From assembly GCA_963746845.1 (NCBI GenBank), contig CAVVCZ010000005.1, positions 224,001-288,000 of the forward strand: DNA of 64,000 nt, written 5' to 3'. Position numbers and translations under genes: made by a program. Below the pieces are notes generated by a model. The model was not told the origin of the DNA, searched no databases, and worked only from the letters and a program-made list of their open reading frames with translations. Positions 48,403 through 58,111 of this stretch are shown here, one piece after another; position 1 is the first letter of the stretch; each line of letters starts with the position of its first letter. Source of the DNA: an uncultured Chloroflexia bacterium (GTDB lineage: Bacteria; Chloroflexota; Limnocylindria; Limnocylindrales; CSP1-4).

Positions 48403-49155
48403 CCGGCGGCGCTCTCGACCGGCTCGGTGGACGGCGCCTGGAGGTCCTCGAACACGTAGATCAGGCGCTTCCGATGACCGGGGTTGCCGAGGACGACGCG
48501 GGTCGGGACGACCGGCGCAAACCAGCCGAGGACCCGCTCGTTCGTCAGGTCGTGGTGGCAGTTGGCCGGGTCGGCCATGATCCAGTCGATCGGCAGCGAG
48601 AGGATCGCGTTCCGGGCGACCCGTCGGACCTCGCGGAACGCCTCGGGCTGGCGGGTCCCGAGATGCTCGAACACCTGGAGCGCGACGAACAGGTCGTACT
48701 GCCCGTCGGCGACGGGCCATGGCGTCGTCGTCGCGTTGGCGACGATCCGGCGGCCCTCGGCCCGGAGGTCCGGCTTGTCGACGACGTCCATGACGTCGGC
48801 GCCCACGATCAGCGACCGGAGGTGCGGTCCCAGCTCCAGGGCCGATCCGCAGGTGCTTGCGGCCGATCAGCTCGGAGGCTGCCTCGCCGGCGACGCCCAT
48901 GTACCCGACCCGGGCCTTGTAGTACGGCTCCGCGGCGGCCAGGTCGACGAGCTCCACGTGGCGGAGCGGCCGGATCGGCGCCGGCCTGCGGCCCGCTGCG
49001 CGGTAGACCGCGTCGACGGCGCGTGTCCACCAACGCTCGAGGGTGGTCGGGATCGAGCTCGGCGAATCCCGGAGGAAGAGCGGCCGGACCCGATGCCAGA
49101 CGGGCCGGAGGACCGGGCGGAAGGGACGCAGGATCCGCCGCAGGCGTGCCTCCAT
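48399..49155 (-). pseudogene. Methyltransferase-like protein split by a frameshift near 48846
   Basis: 5' frame MEARLRR...KHLR joins 3' frame SALELGP...YDLFVALQVFEHL (SAM-MTase-like motifs); span 757 nt = 3n+1; may be an assembly error. Confidence 0.6.
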
Positions 49156-49159
49156 CGGG

Positions 49160-49930
49160 TCAGCCCCGGATCGCGGCGAGCGACCGGCGTGCGCCGTCGG
49201 CGACGAACGCCGCGTCGGCGCCGATCCCGACGAACGTGAACCCGAGCTCCAGGTGGCGCGGCACGACCGTCGTGTCGTAGACGAGGATGCCGGCGGCCTT
49301 GCCGTGGGCCCGGCAGGCGGCGACGACCCGGTCGAGGGCCGCGAGGTAGTCGGCATGCTGGAACTGCCCGGGGATGCGCAGGGAGTGGGACAGGTCCGCC
49401 GGCCCGACGAAGAGGACGTCGACGCCGTCGATCGCGGCGATCGCGTCGGCATCCGCGAGCCCGCCGGTCGACTCGATCTGGACGATCCCGACGACCCGTT
49501 GGTTCAGACGATGGACGTCCGGGTGGGCGACGGCGCCCAGCCCGGCGCCGCGGACGCGCGTCGCGACGCCCCGGATCCCGTCCGGTGGGTAGCGCAGGAA
49601 CGTCACCGCCTCGCGCGCCTCCTCCGCGGAATCCAGCCGCGGGACCATGATCCCGCGGGCGCCCTGGTCGAGGGCCCGCCCGATGCGGAGCCGCTCTCCG
49701 GACTGCGGCCGGACGATCGGCACGGATCCGCCGTTCTCGACGGCATGGAGCATGCCGAGGAGATCGGCCTCGGTCGTCGCCCCGTGCTCGAGGTCGACGA
49801 GCAGCCAGTCGTAGCCCGCCGTGGCACACAGCTCGGCCGAGGTCGGCGAGTTGAGGTCGAGGAACAGGCCGAGCAGGGTCTCGCCCGCGAGCACGCGGTC
49901 GCGGAAGGATCGATCGAATGGGTCCGTCAT
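49160..49930 (-). CDS. HpcH/HpaI aldolase family protein
   Basis: DWLLVDLEHG, RALDQGA, VQIES, FVGPADLS. Confidence 0.92.
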   Translation of the reverse strand: MTDPFDRSFRDRVLAGETLLGLFLDLNSPTSAELCATAGYDWLLVDLEHGATTEADLLGMLHAVENGGSVPIVRPQSGERLRIGRALDQGARGIMVPRLDSAEEAREAVTFLRYPPDGIRGVATRVRGAGLGAVAHPDVHRLNQRVVGIVQIESTGGLADADAIAAIDGVDVLFVGPADLSHSLRIPGQFQHADYLAALDRVVAACRAHGKAAGILVYDTTVVPRHLELGFTFVGIGADAAFVADGARRSLAAIRG

Positions 49931-50006
49931 CGCCTAATGATGCCCGGCTCGACGCACCGCCGCGCCGAACCGAGGCGCTCCGCCTGACGGGTCGCCCTGA
50001 CACGGC

Positions 50007-50169
50007 AGTTGTGCGTAATGTCGCTCGGGGTGGCACTACGCACCCGACTGAATGCTTGCGCTCGATTGGGAGCTCGATTGGTAGCCGGATTCGGCTAACT
50101 CAGCCTTCGAAGTCGCGGATCGACCGGATTCTGGATGCGTAGTGCAACCCTGGCTGGCATTGCGCAACT
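50007..50169. repeat. ~163-bp element with ~40-bp imperfect terminal inverted repeats, copy A
   Basis: GGGTGGCACTACGCA (50028-50042) vs TGCGTAGTGCAACCC (50136-50150); related ends at 61142-61307. Confidence 0.65.
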
Positions 50170-50282
50170 TCGGCGAGTCGGCGATCTCTGCAGACCGCCC
50201 GGCACGAACATTGAACCGCGGTGCCGGTGGGACCATCAATGGCGGGTGAAGCGCTCGAATGGGCGCGACGGGAGAACCGCCG

Positions 50283-50834
50283 ATGCGGGCCGGGCTGGTC
50301 GAACGGGCGAGGGCAGGCGACGACGTCGCCTTCTCCGAGCTCGTCGACCTCGACGGCGACGGCTGCTATGCGATCGCGTACCGGATCCTTCGCGACGCCG
50401 AGCGTGCCCAGGACGCCGTCCAGCAGGCATTCCTCCTCGCATGGCGCCAGCTCCCGACGCTCCGTGATCCCGAGCGCTTCTCGCCGTGGCTCCGGCGACT
50501 CCTCGTCAATGCCTGTTACGAGGAACACCGGCGTCATCGGCGATGGATCTCCCGAATCCGGGTCCTGCCGGTCGACGGACCGGCCAGCCCCGACCCCACG
50601 GTCTCGGTCGACGACCGGGATGCCCTCGACCGCGCGTTCCTGCGTCTGACGCCGGAGCACCGCGCGGTCTTCGTCCTGCACCACCACGCGGGGCTCGGCC
50701 TCGCCGACATCGCCGACATCGTCGGCGTGCCGGTCGGCACGGTGAAGTCCCGCCTGCATCACGCCACCCGATCCCTGCGCGCGGCGATCGTCGCCGACAG
50801 CCAGGTCGATTCCCCGGAGGTACGGCCGGCATGA
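50283..50834 (+). CDS. ECF RNA polymerase sigma factor
   Basis: AQDAVQQAF, FSPWL, RAVFVLHH, GTVKSRLH; start 50283 (or 50259). Confidence 0.92.
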   Translation: MRAGLVERARAGDDVAFSELVDLDGDGCYAIAYRILRDAERAQDAVQQAFLLAWRQLPTLRDPERFSPWLRRLLVNACYEEHRRHRRWISRIRVLPVDGPASPDPTVSVDDRDALDRAFLRLTPEHRAVFVLHHHAGLGLADIADIVGVPVGTVKSRLHHATRSLRAAIVADSQVDSPEVRPA

Positions 50835-51655
50835 CGCAACCACGTGATCCGGATGTGATCATCGCCACGTGGCTCGACGACGGCCCGGTCACCCTTCCGG
50901 ACGAGACCAGGCGGGCCATCTCGGTCGGTCTGCGAACGCAGCCTCGCGCACGGCGGCTGGCGATCCTTGGAGGGTCGTCCATGTCTCCGCTCAATCGCTT
51001 CGTCGTTGCCGCTGCCATCGTTCTCGCCGTCGGCGGCCTCTCGGCCTTCGTGCTGTCCAATCGCGCCGGCGGCTCCGGCGGCACGCCATCTCCATCCGCG
51101 TCGGCAGCTCCTTCGGCCACGCCTTCGCCGTCGCCGTCGCCGTCGATTGCGCCGTCACCGACCGCGTCCCTGCCCAGCACGGCCGGGTGGGTCACGTTTA
51201 CCTCGAGCCAGTACGGCTACCAGATCGCTTACCCCCCGACATGGGACCCGGACATCCAGGCCACACGAAACTGGGTGCTGGCTACGGACCGGCTGGCTCC
51301 GCCGGCGAGCGGGATGAACGGGTCCGCCGATCACTTCATCGGGGACGGGACGGGAGGCACGACCGCCGTGACGGGCCTGGCGGCCGATGTCCCCGCCGGC
51401 ACGTCCGAGGACGCGTGGCTCGCCGCCTACTACGCGGACGGCGCGTTCTGCGAGACGCTGCCGGTCTTCCTGCCCATCACCGTCGACGGCCACGCGGGCC
51501 GGCTCGACCCCTGCTATGACGCTCAGGCGATCGTCTTCATCGGAACGCGCGTCTACGTCTTCGCGATCCACGCGACCGACAACCAGCCGCTCTTCAGCGC
51601 ATTCCTGTCGACGGTCAAGTTCCCGTCGGCCTCGCCCAGTTCCAGTCCAGGCTGA
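50831..51655 (+). CDS. Putative membrane anti-sigma factor
   Basis: ATGA overlap with sigma; N-terminal WLDDGP motif, single TM, Ser/Pro linker, extracytoplasmic domain. Confidence 0.72.
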   Translation: MTQPRDPDVIIATWLDDGPVTLPDETRRAISVGLRTQPRARRLAILGGSSMSPLNRFVVAAAIVLAVGGLSAFVLSNRAGGSGGTPSPSASAAPSATPSPSPSPSIAPSPTASLPSTAGWVTFTSSQYGYQIAYPPTWDPDIQATRNWVLATDRLAPPASGMNGSADHFIGDGTGGTTAVTGLAADVPAGTSEDAWLAAYYADGAFCETLPVFLPITVDGHAGRLDPCYDAQAIVFIGTRVYVFAIHATDNQPLFSAFLSTVKFPSASPSSSPG

Positions 51656-51658
51656 CTC

Positions 51659-52891
51659 CTAGTCCGGGAACGCCTCCGGGCCCCGCTCCGCGAGCTCGGA
51701 GGCTTCCCGCGCGTGGTCCGCGGCGTCCTCGTGCGGCAGCCAGCTGTACGGGTAGGCGGGGTCGTCGAGGTCCATCGCCGCCTGCGTGACGAAGAGCGGG
51801 TGGAACGTGTCGACCATGACCGCCAGCTCCTCGGTCGCGTCCTTCCCGATCGACGCCTCGACCGTGCCCGGATGCGGCCCGTGGGGGATCCCCGCCGGAT
51901 GGAGGGTGAACGACGCGATCTCCACGCCGCGCCGGCTCATGAAGTTGCCGGCGACGTAGTAGATGACCTCGTCGCTGTTGATGTTGCTGTGGTTGTACGG
52001 CGCGGGGATCGCGAGCGGGTGATAGTCGAACTTGCGGGGTACGAACGAGCAGACCACGAAGTTGCGCGCCCCGAACGTCTGGTGGACCGGCGGCGGCTGG
52101 TGGACGCGGCCGGTGATCGGCTGGAAGTCCGCGATGTCGAACCGGAACGGCCAGAGGTAGCCGTCCCAGCCGACGACGTCGAACGGGTGATGACGGTAGT
52201 GGTAGGCCGTGATCCGGTCGGTCGAGCGGACGTGGATGACGAACTCGCCCTCCTCCTCCGACGGCGCCTGGAGCTCGGGCGCGTGGAGGTCGCGCTGGCC
52301 GTACGGCGAGTGCTCGAGCAGCTGGCCGTAGTCGTTCCGGTAGCGCTTCGGCGGCTCGATCTCCGACGGCGCCTCGAGGTAGAGGATTCGCTGGGCGCTG
52401 CCCTCGTCGGGGTCCAGCCGCCAGGTCGTCCCGATCGGCAGGACGAGGTAGTCGCCCGGGCCGTAGCGGAGGTCCCCGAAGACCGTCCGGCAGACCCCGC
52501 TCCCCTCGTGGACGAACAGCATCTCGTCGGCGATCCCGTTCCGGTAGAAGGCGTTCGGCGGCATCGCCTCGGCCGGCCGGACGATCCCGAACACGACGTC
52601 GTGGTTGAAGTAGAGCGGGACCCGGCCGCTGACGACGTCGCCGCGCGGCTCGATGGAGCCGGTCTTCGTCAGGCGATGACGATGGAGGCCGTCGTCCGCC
52701 GCCTCGAGGTGGATCCGGCGGACCGGCTCGATCCGGTGGGTCCGGGTCGGCGGCGTCCGGTGGTAGAGGAGCGAGCTGCGGCCGGTGAACCCCTCGACCC
52801 CGAACAGCTCCTCGGCATACAGGCTGCCGTCGGCGGCGCGGTGCTGGGTGTGGCGCTGGCGCGGGATGCTGCCGCGGGCGACGTAGTACAT
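51659..52891 (-). CDS. hmgA: Homogentisate 1,2-dioxygenase
   Basis: HPFDVVGWDG, HQPPPVH, PYNHSNINSDE, HGPHPG, ELAVMVDT. Confidence 0.92.
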   Translation of the reverse strand: MYYVARGSIPRQRHTQHRAADGSLYAEELFGVEGFTGRSSLLYHRTPPTRTHRIEPVRRIHLEAADDGLHRHRLTKTGSIEPRGDVVSGRVPLYFNHDVVFGIVRPAEAMPPNAFYRNGIADEMLFVHEGSGVCRTVFGDLRYGPGDYLVLPIGTTWRLDPDEGSAQRILYLEAPSEIEPPKRYRNDYGQLLEHSPYGQRDLHAPELQAPSEEEGEFVIHVRSTDRITAYHYRHHPFDVVGWDGYLWPFRFDIADFQPITGRVHQPPPVHQTFGARNFVVCSFVPRKFDYHPLAIPAPYNHSNINSDEVIYYVAGNFMSRRGVEIASFTLHPAGIPHGPHPGTVEASIGKDATEELAVMVDTFHPLFVTQAAMDLDDPAYPYSWLPHEDAADHAREASELAERGPEAFPD

Positions 52892-52895
52892 GCGC

Positions 52896-52926
52896 GACTG
52901 GCCTCCTCGGACTGAGGAGGCCAGTC
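52896..52926 (-). promoter_or_regulatory. Perfect 13-bp inverted repeat sequestering hmgA SD
   Basis: GACTGGCCTCCTC-N5-GAGGAGGCCAGTC ending 4 nt before ATG; TAGACT -10 overlaps distal arm. Confidence 0.65.
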
Positions 52927-52953
52927 TAGGTCGCGATCGCGATGATCCGCCTG

Positions 52954-54257
52954 TCAGGGCGATGGCGGGTTGGTGATCCAGTGTCCGACGTAGCCGAACC
53001 CGACTTCCATCTCGCTGAGGTCGTCACCCTGGATGTTCACCGGCCGGAGATCTGTGCCGTCCGGGTTCATCATCCAGAAGAAGTTGTTGAAGAGGAACAC
53101 GTGCTTGCCATCGGGCGTGTAGTCGGCTGCGATCACGCCACCGCCGCGGGTCAGCCGCTGCGGGTCCGATCCGTCCGGGGCGATCGTGTAGATGTCGGCC
53201 GTCCGTTTTGGGTCGCCGAACGGCACAGGGGCCATCGACAGCGGGCCGTCGAGGAACAGGATCCGCGATCCGTCGGGCGACCAATGGGGATTGCCCGGGT
53301 AGGTCATCCCGGCGATGGAGATCCGGCTGGTCTTGTCGGTCGCGATATCCGTGACGTAGATGGCCCCCGAGTCCGGCACTCCCTCGGACTGCCAGTGGAT
53401 CCGCCCGAAGGCAATCTTCGTCCCGTCCGGTGACCAGGACGGCCGCTCCGGGACGTCGTTGTCGTTCGGTCCCTGGGTGGAGGTGAGGGCGATCTGTTGC
53501 CCGCTGACGAGATCCTTGATCATCAGGAACGCCCTCGTCTCCTGGACCCGCACGAAGACGACCTTCGTCCCGGTCGGGTCGAACGCGGGATCCAGGTCTC
53601 CGCATGGGGCGACCGGGCACGTCGTCGCGACCCTCTTCAGCGACGTGCCGTCGAGATTGGCGGTCCACAGGGACTCGCCGTTCTGGTCGGCGTCCTGGAA
53701 GACGATCTTCGTCTGATCCGGGGAGATGGCGCCGGAGGTCTTGCCCGCGGCCGGTTGGCTCTTCAGGAACTCGACCGCCGTCGCGCCGGTCATCGTCTTC
53801 GGGTCCATCCAGTAGAAGCGCCGACGATCGATGTGATAGTCGCCATTGGCGGGCTCGGAGCCGTCCGGCGCATTGCCGGCGTGCTCCATGAGGATGCGCC
53901 CTGGGAGCGCCGAGTAGTCGACGGGCTTCGCACTCGGCTGGACCGAAGGCGAGGCGATCGCCGCGACGGACGCGATGGGCGTGCTCGCGCTCGGGGACGG
54001 CCCGCCGACGCTCTGGTTGCCGCCGGGTCTGAGGATGAGCGCCCCGCCGACAACAACGACCGCGATCGCGATCGCCGCCGCCGCGAGGCGGGCAGTGGTG
54101 GACATGGATCGAACCCTCCACGGGACACGGATGTCCCGTTCCTGGTGTGTCGTCTGGATGAGCAGGAGAGCGGTGTCGACGGCCTGGATCGGAGCGTGGT
54201 CGGCCCCTCTTCCAGCCACGACCGGGCGGCACGTTCGAACGAGCGATCGTCGGTCAT
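52954..54257 (-). CDS. Putative anti-sigma factor with TolB-like (PD40) beta-propeller; 1-nt frameshift near 54197
   Basis: MTDDRSFERAARSWLEEGPT|APIQAV..., TM, repeats SPDQTKIVF, WSPDGTKIAF, WSPDGSRIL, YTPDGK; span = 3n+2. Confidence 0.7.
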
Positions 54258-54805
54258 GCCAGCCGCCCTTCCCGGAGCACGGGCTGCGCGTCGTCGACCA
54301 CGGCGGCACGCAGGCCCTGGGTTGCGTAGTGGAGGCGCGATCGGGCCGTCCCGGCCGGGATCTCGAGCATCTCGGCGATCTCGACCAGGGGCAGCCCGAG
54401 GTAGTGGTGCAACACGAACACCGCCCGCTGCTCGACAGGGATCCGCCGGAACGCGCGTTCCAGCTCGTCGCGGTCGACGACGGCCGAGGCGTCGTCGGGG
54501 GTCTCCGGTCCGTCGACCGGCAGCACCCGGACGTTCGCGGTCCACTGGCGGGACCGCTGTGCCTCGTCGTAGCAGGCGTGGACGAGGATCCGATGGATCC
54601 AGGCCTCGAAGCGATCGACATCCCGCAGGTGCGGGAGCCGGCGCCAGGCCAGGACGAGGGCGTTCTGCAGTGCGTCCTCGGCGAGCCCCGTGTCGCGGAG
54701 GATCCGGTGGGCGACCGCGTAGAGCGCGTCACTGACCTGGTGCACCAGGATGGCGAACGCCTCTCGGTCTCCCCGACGGGCCCGTTCCACGAGGTCTCGG
54801 TCCAC
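54254..54805 (-). CDS. ECF RNA polymerase sigma factor (paralog of 50283-50834)
   Basis: AEDALQNA, FEAWI, RAVFVLHH, GTARSRLH; same length as paralog with GTG 54805 start. Confidence 0.92.
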   Translation of the reverse strand: MDRDLVERARRGDREAFAILVHQVSDALYAVAHRILRDTGLAEDALQNALVLAWRRLPHLRDVDRFEAWIHRILVHACYDEAQRSRQWTANVRVLPVDGPETPDDASAVVDRDELERAFRRIPVEQRAVFVLHHYLGLPLVEIAEMLEIPAGTARSRLHYATQGLRAAVVDDAQPVLREGRLA

Positions 54806-54878
54806 CTCGACCCCTCGACGTGTCGCGACCATTCGGCCGCGATCACCCATCTTGACGGTGGGTGGACGGCCGAAACGT

Positions 54879-55322
54879 TCAGGCGGTCGGCGGTATCATC
54901 GAATCGTCGGCGTAGTCCCAGCACGTCGTCACCTCCGGCTCGAGCACCGCGATCACGCCGGCGTCGATGCTGAGGTAGTCCGCGACGTCGGCCGTCGGGT
55001 CGAACGCCTCGACATACCGCCGGCAGATCTCGGCCCCGCGTTCGTGGTAGCCGCCGCGGGTCAGCCGGACGCGGCCTCGAACCTCGATCGCGCGGTACGG
55101 GTAGGCGTCCTCGGCGAGGACGACCGTCGCGTGCGGGTTCGCCTCGAGCATCGCGATCTTGCGGTCGCCGGCCGGGAGCTGGAAGACGAACCGGCCGTCG
55201 ACGAACCGGTGCCAGACCGGCCGGCCGAAGACCGACCCGTCGGGGCGCGGGATCGAGAGCACGGCCGCGTGCGGCCGGTCGAACAGGTCACCGAGATCCG
55301 CGGGCGCCAGTCCACGTCGCAT
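54879..55322 (-). CDS. Pyridoxamine 5'-phosphate oxidase-like (PPOX) protein
   Basis: RPDGS, PVWH, KIAMLEANP, IEVRG, WDY; SD GAGG upstream. Confidence 0.82.
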   Translation of the reverse strand: MRRGLAPADLGDLFDRPHAAVLSIPRPDGSVFGRPVWHRFVDGRFVFQLPAGDRKIAMLEANPHATVVLAEDAYPYRAIEVRGRVRLTRGGYHERGAEICRRYVEAFDPTADVADYLSIDAGVIAVLEPEVTTCWDYADDSMIPPTA

Positions 55323-55885
55323 GAGGGAGACCTCGGCTGCCGGCCCGCGCTTGACGAGCCGCGAACGAGTCGTAGGATGCGCTTCGGCGCTCGAGGATCA
55401 CCACATCGCGCCACTGCCCGGCGGCGTCCCGGCCCAGTGCCTCGTGGACGCCGACCCGGCGGAAGCCGAGGCGCTCGTGCAGGGCGAGGCTGCCGACGTT
55501 CTCGACCTGGACACCGGCGATCAGCGTCCAGACGCCCGCCGCCTCCGACGCCGGGATAAGCGTCTCCAACAGCGCCCGGCCCACCCCGCGGCCGCGGGCG
55601 GCCTCGGCGACGTAGACGCTCTCCCAGGCCACGCCCGTGTAGACCTCGCGTGACGAGTACCGGGCGATCGCCGTCCAGCCCACGACGACGGCCGTCGAGG
55701 CGCGCGACGAACCGGCAGTCGGACCGGTGGCTGGCGTGCCACGCACGCCAGGCCGGGACCACCGTCTCGAAGGTCGAGATCCCGGTGGCGATGCCCTCGC
55801 TATAGATCGCGAGCACGGCGTCGGCGTCGTCTGCGGTCATCGGCTCGACGACGACGCCGGGGGCGGGCCGCGGGTCGGCGGCCAT
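55288..55885 (-). pseudogene. GNAT N-acetyltransferase (Pat/YncA-like) with frameshift near 55693
   Basis: AIYSEGIATGISTFET...LDG | VVGW...ESVYV, RGRGVGRALL, NVGSLALHERLGF; span 3n+1; 3' end uncertain. Confidence 0.7.
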
Positions 55886-56988
55886 CAGCCGCTCCGGCCT
55901 CGGGCGTCGACGGGCCACTCGTCGGTCGAGCCATCGGCGCGGACCACGACGACCGTCTCCACCAGGTCGATCACCGGGCAGACGTGGTTCGGGATCACGG
56001 CGACGACTGTGCCGAGGGCCGGCCGAGCCGCGCCCGCGGGGACGGCCACGACGCCGTGGTAGTCGTTGACGCGCTCGATGACGAGGTCCGGGTAGCCGGC
56101 GATCGCGCCGTGACCCGTCAGCCACGGGGCCCGGTCCTTCGTGAGGGCCTTCGCACCCGCGTCGATCACGAGCCGGTCGTCGAAGACGGACACGACCGTC
56201 GCGGCGACGGCCACGGCGCAGCCCTCGGCGGGGATCGCCCCGAGGAGCCACTGCTGGCGATCGCCGTAGACGTACGTGCCCGCGCGCATCTCGGTGACGG
56301 CACCGGCGGCCGCGCTGAGCATCGTCGGGGTCGCGCCCGCGCTGATCGTCGTGACGTCGACGCCCGCGGCCCGGAGCGCCGATGCCGCCGCCTCGAGACT
56401 CCGGACCTCGTCGTCGCCGGCCGACGCGGCCGCGCCCGGCTGATAGCCGTGACCGCCGTGGCTGAACACGCCGTCGACGACCAGCCCGGCGGCGCGGGCG
56501 GCGAGCGCGACCTCGACGGCGACGGCCGGCGACGCCGTGCCGGTCCGACGGTTGCCCGGATCGACCTCGACGAGAACGGTCAATGGACTGGACGTACCCG
56601 CCGTCGCGGCAGCGAGGCATCGGGCACCGGCCACGGAGTCGACCCCGCATCGGAACCCGGGATCGGTCTCGTGGAGCGCCGCCAGCCGTCGACCCTTGGC
56701 GCCGGCGGCCCAGACGGGATAGGCGAGGAACAGATCCCGGATCCCGGCGGCCGCGAACACCTCAGCTTCGCCGATCGTCCCGACCGTGATCCCGTGGGCC
56801 CCGGCGTCGAGCTGGAGCCGTGCGACGGCGACGCTCTTGTGGGTCTTGGCGTGCGGCCGGAGGGCGATCCCGCGGTGGTCCATCTCGTCCTGGAGCCGCC
56901 GGATGTTCCCGTGGACGCGGGCAAGATCGACGACAACGCGTGGCGTGTCGAGGCCGGGCGGTAGTGCCGGGAACGTCGGCTCGGTCAC
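55885..56988 (-). CDS. DSD1/D-threonine aldolase-like PLP enzyme (alanine racemase fold)
   Basis: LRPHAKTHKS, EVDPG, GATPT, RAGTYVYGD, IPNHVC. Confidence 0.88.
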   Translation of the reverse strand: MTEPTFPALPPGLDTPRVVVDLARVHGNIRRLQDEMDHRGIALRPHAKTHKSVAVARLQLDAGAHGITVGTIGEAEVFAAAGIRDLFLAYPVWAAGAKGRRLAALHETDPGFRCGVDSVAGARCLAAATAGTSSPLTVLVEVDPGNRRTGTASPAVAVEVALAARAAGLVVDGVFSHGGHGYQPGAAASAGDDEVRSLEAAASALRAAGVDVTTISAGATPTMLSAAAGAVTEMRAGTYVYGDRQQWLLGAIPAEGCAVAVAATVVSVFDDRLVIDAGAKALTKDRAPWLTGHGAIAGYPDLVIERVNDYHGVVAVPAGAARPALGTVVAVIPNHVCPVIDLVETVVVVRADGSTDEWPVDARGRSG

Positions 56989-57992
56989 CGCTGCACAGGC
57001 CGCGCGACGATCGGCGTCCGCAGCGCGCCGAGGCCGTCGACTCGAAGGACGACCTCGTCGCCGGGCTCGAGATAGCGGCCGAGGGTGGCGTCCTTGACCT
57101 CGAGCAGGCACCCGGTCCCGACGGTCCCCGATCCGAGCAGGTCGCCCGGTCGGAGACGAACGTCGGCCGACGCGCGCGCGACCATCTGGCCGAACGAGAA
57201 CTGCGCGTCCGACCAGCGTCCACGCGAAGTCTCGGCCCCGTTGACGGTCGCGGTCATCGCCAGGTCCGGGCCGCTCGCGCCCGCGGCGCGCGCGCGAACC
57301 AGCTCATCCGGGGTCACGAGCCACGGCCCGATCGTCGAGGCGAAGTCCTTGCCCTTCGCCGGGCCCAGCCTGACGGCGGTCTCCTCGCGCTGGAGGTCAC
57401 GCGCCGACCAGTCGTTGAGGATCGTGTACCCGCCGATCGCCTCCTCGCCCCGCTCGGGGGACAGGTCGACCGCGGGCGTGTCGATCACGGCCGCGACCTC
57501 CAGCTCGTAGTCGAGCTCGGCCGAGCCGGCCGGAGCCCAGACCGGATCGTCCGGGCCGCGGATCTCTGACACGTTGCTGAAGTAGAAGATCGGCAGCCGG
57601 TACCACGTCTCCGGCACCTCGCCGCCGCGTCGCTCCCACATCGTCCGTACGTGCCTCTCGAACGCGTAGAAGTCGCGCAGGCTCGGGGGTCGGAGGATCG
57701 GCGGACCGAACGCGAGGTCCGCCGCGTCGAGGACCGCATCGTCGTCCTCCCGTGGCACGAAGCCATCGACGAGCTCGCCGATGGCCTCCACGCGCAGCCC
57801 GCGCGCGAGGTGGTCGTCCAGCGTCGTCACGGGCTGGCGATGCAGGACGCGGTCGTGGGCGAGGTTGCGGTCGGCGGCGATGGCCCGTCGGCGAGCGATA
57901 TCGAGGTCGACCCAGCCGTCGTCGAGCGCCGCGACCAGCCGCCACGGAGCCCCCGACGGGGCACGGAGGTCCCGGACGTGAGCGAGCTTCAT
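56985..57992 (-). CDS. Fumarylacetoacetate hydrolase family protein
   Basis: RDFYAFERH, FYFSN, LDYELE, NDWSARD, KGKDF, GSGT; near hmgA and hppD. Confidence 0.9.
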   Translation of the reverse strand: MKLAHVRDLRAPSGAPWRLVAALDDGWVDLDIARRRAIAADRNLAHDRVLHRQPVTTLDDHLARGLRVEAIGELVDGFVPREDDDAVLDAADLAFGPPILRPPSLRDFYAFERHVRTMWERRGGEVPETWYRLPIFYFSNVSEIRGPDDPVWAPAGSAELDYELEVAAVIDTPAVDLSPERGEEAIGGYTILNDWSARDLQREETAVRLGPAKGKDFASTIGPWLVTPDELVRARAAGASGPDLAMTATVNGAETSRGRWSDAQFSFGQMVARASADVRLRPGDLLGSGTVGTGCLLEVKDATLGRYLEPGDEVVLRVDGLGALRTPIVARPVQR

Positions 57993-58111
57993 GGGCGGGT
58001 GACGGTGGGCAGGATCACCGCCCGAGTGTAAGGTCGCCCATCCCTCGTCGACGGGTCCTGCGTCGAACGGGGGATGACAGGATGGGTCGATCGGTGCCAG
58101 CCTGTGCCGTC

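Noticed and set aside
54852-54881. Autoregulatory ECF promoter TGAAC...CGTCAA for the second sigma
   Set aside because: The spacer is 19 nt, longer than typical; not supportable without TSS data.
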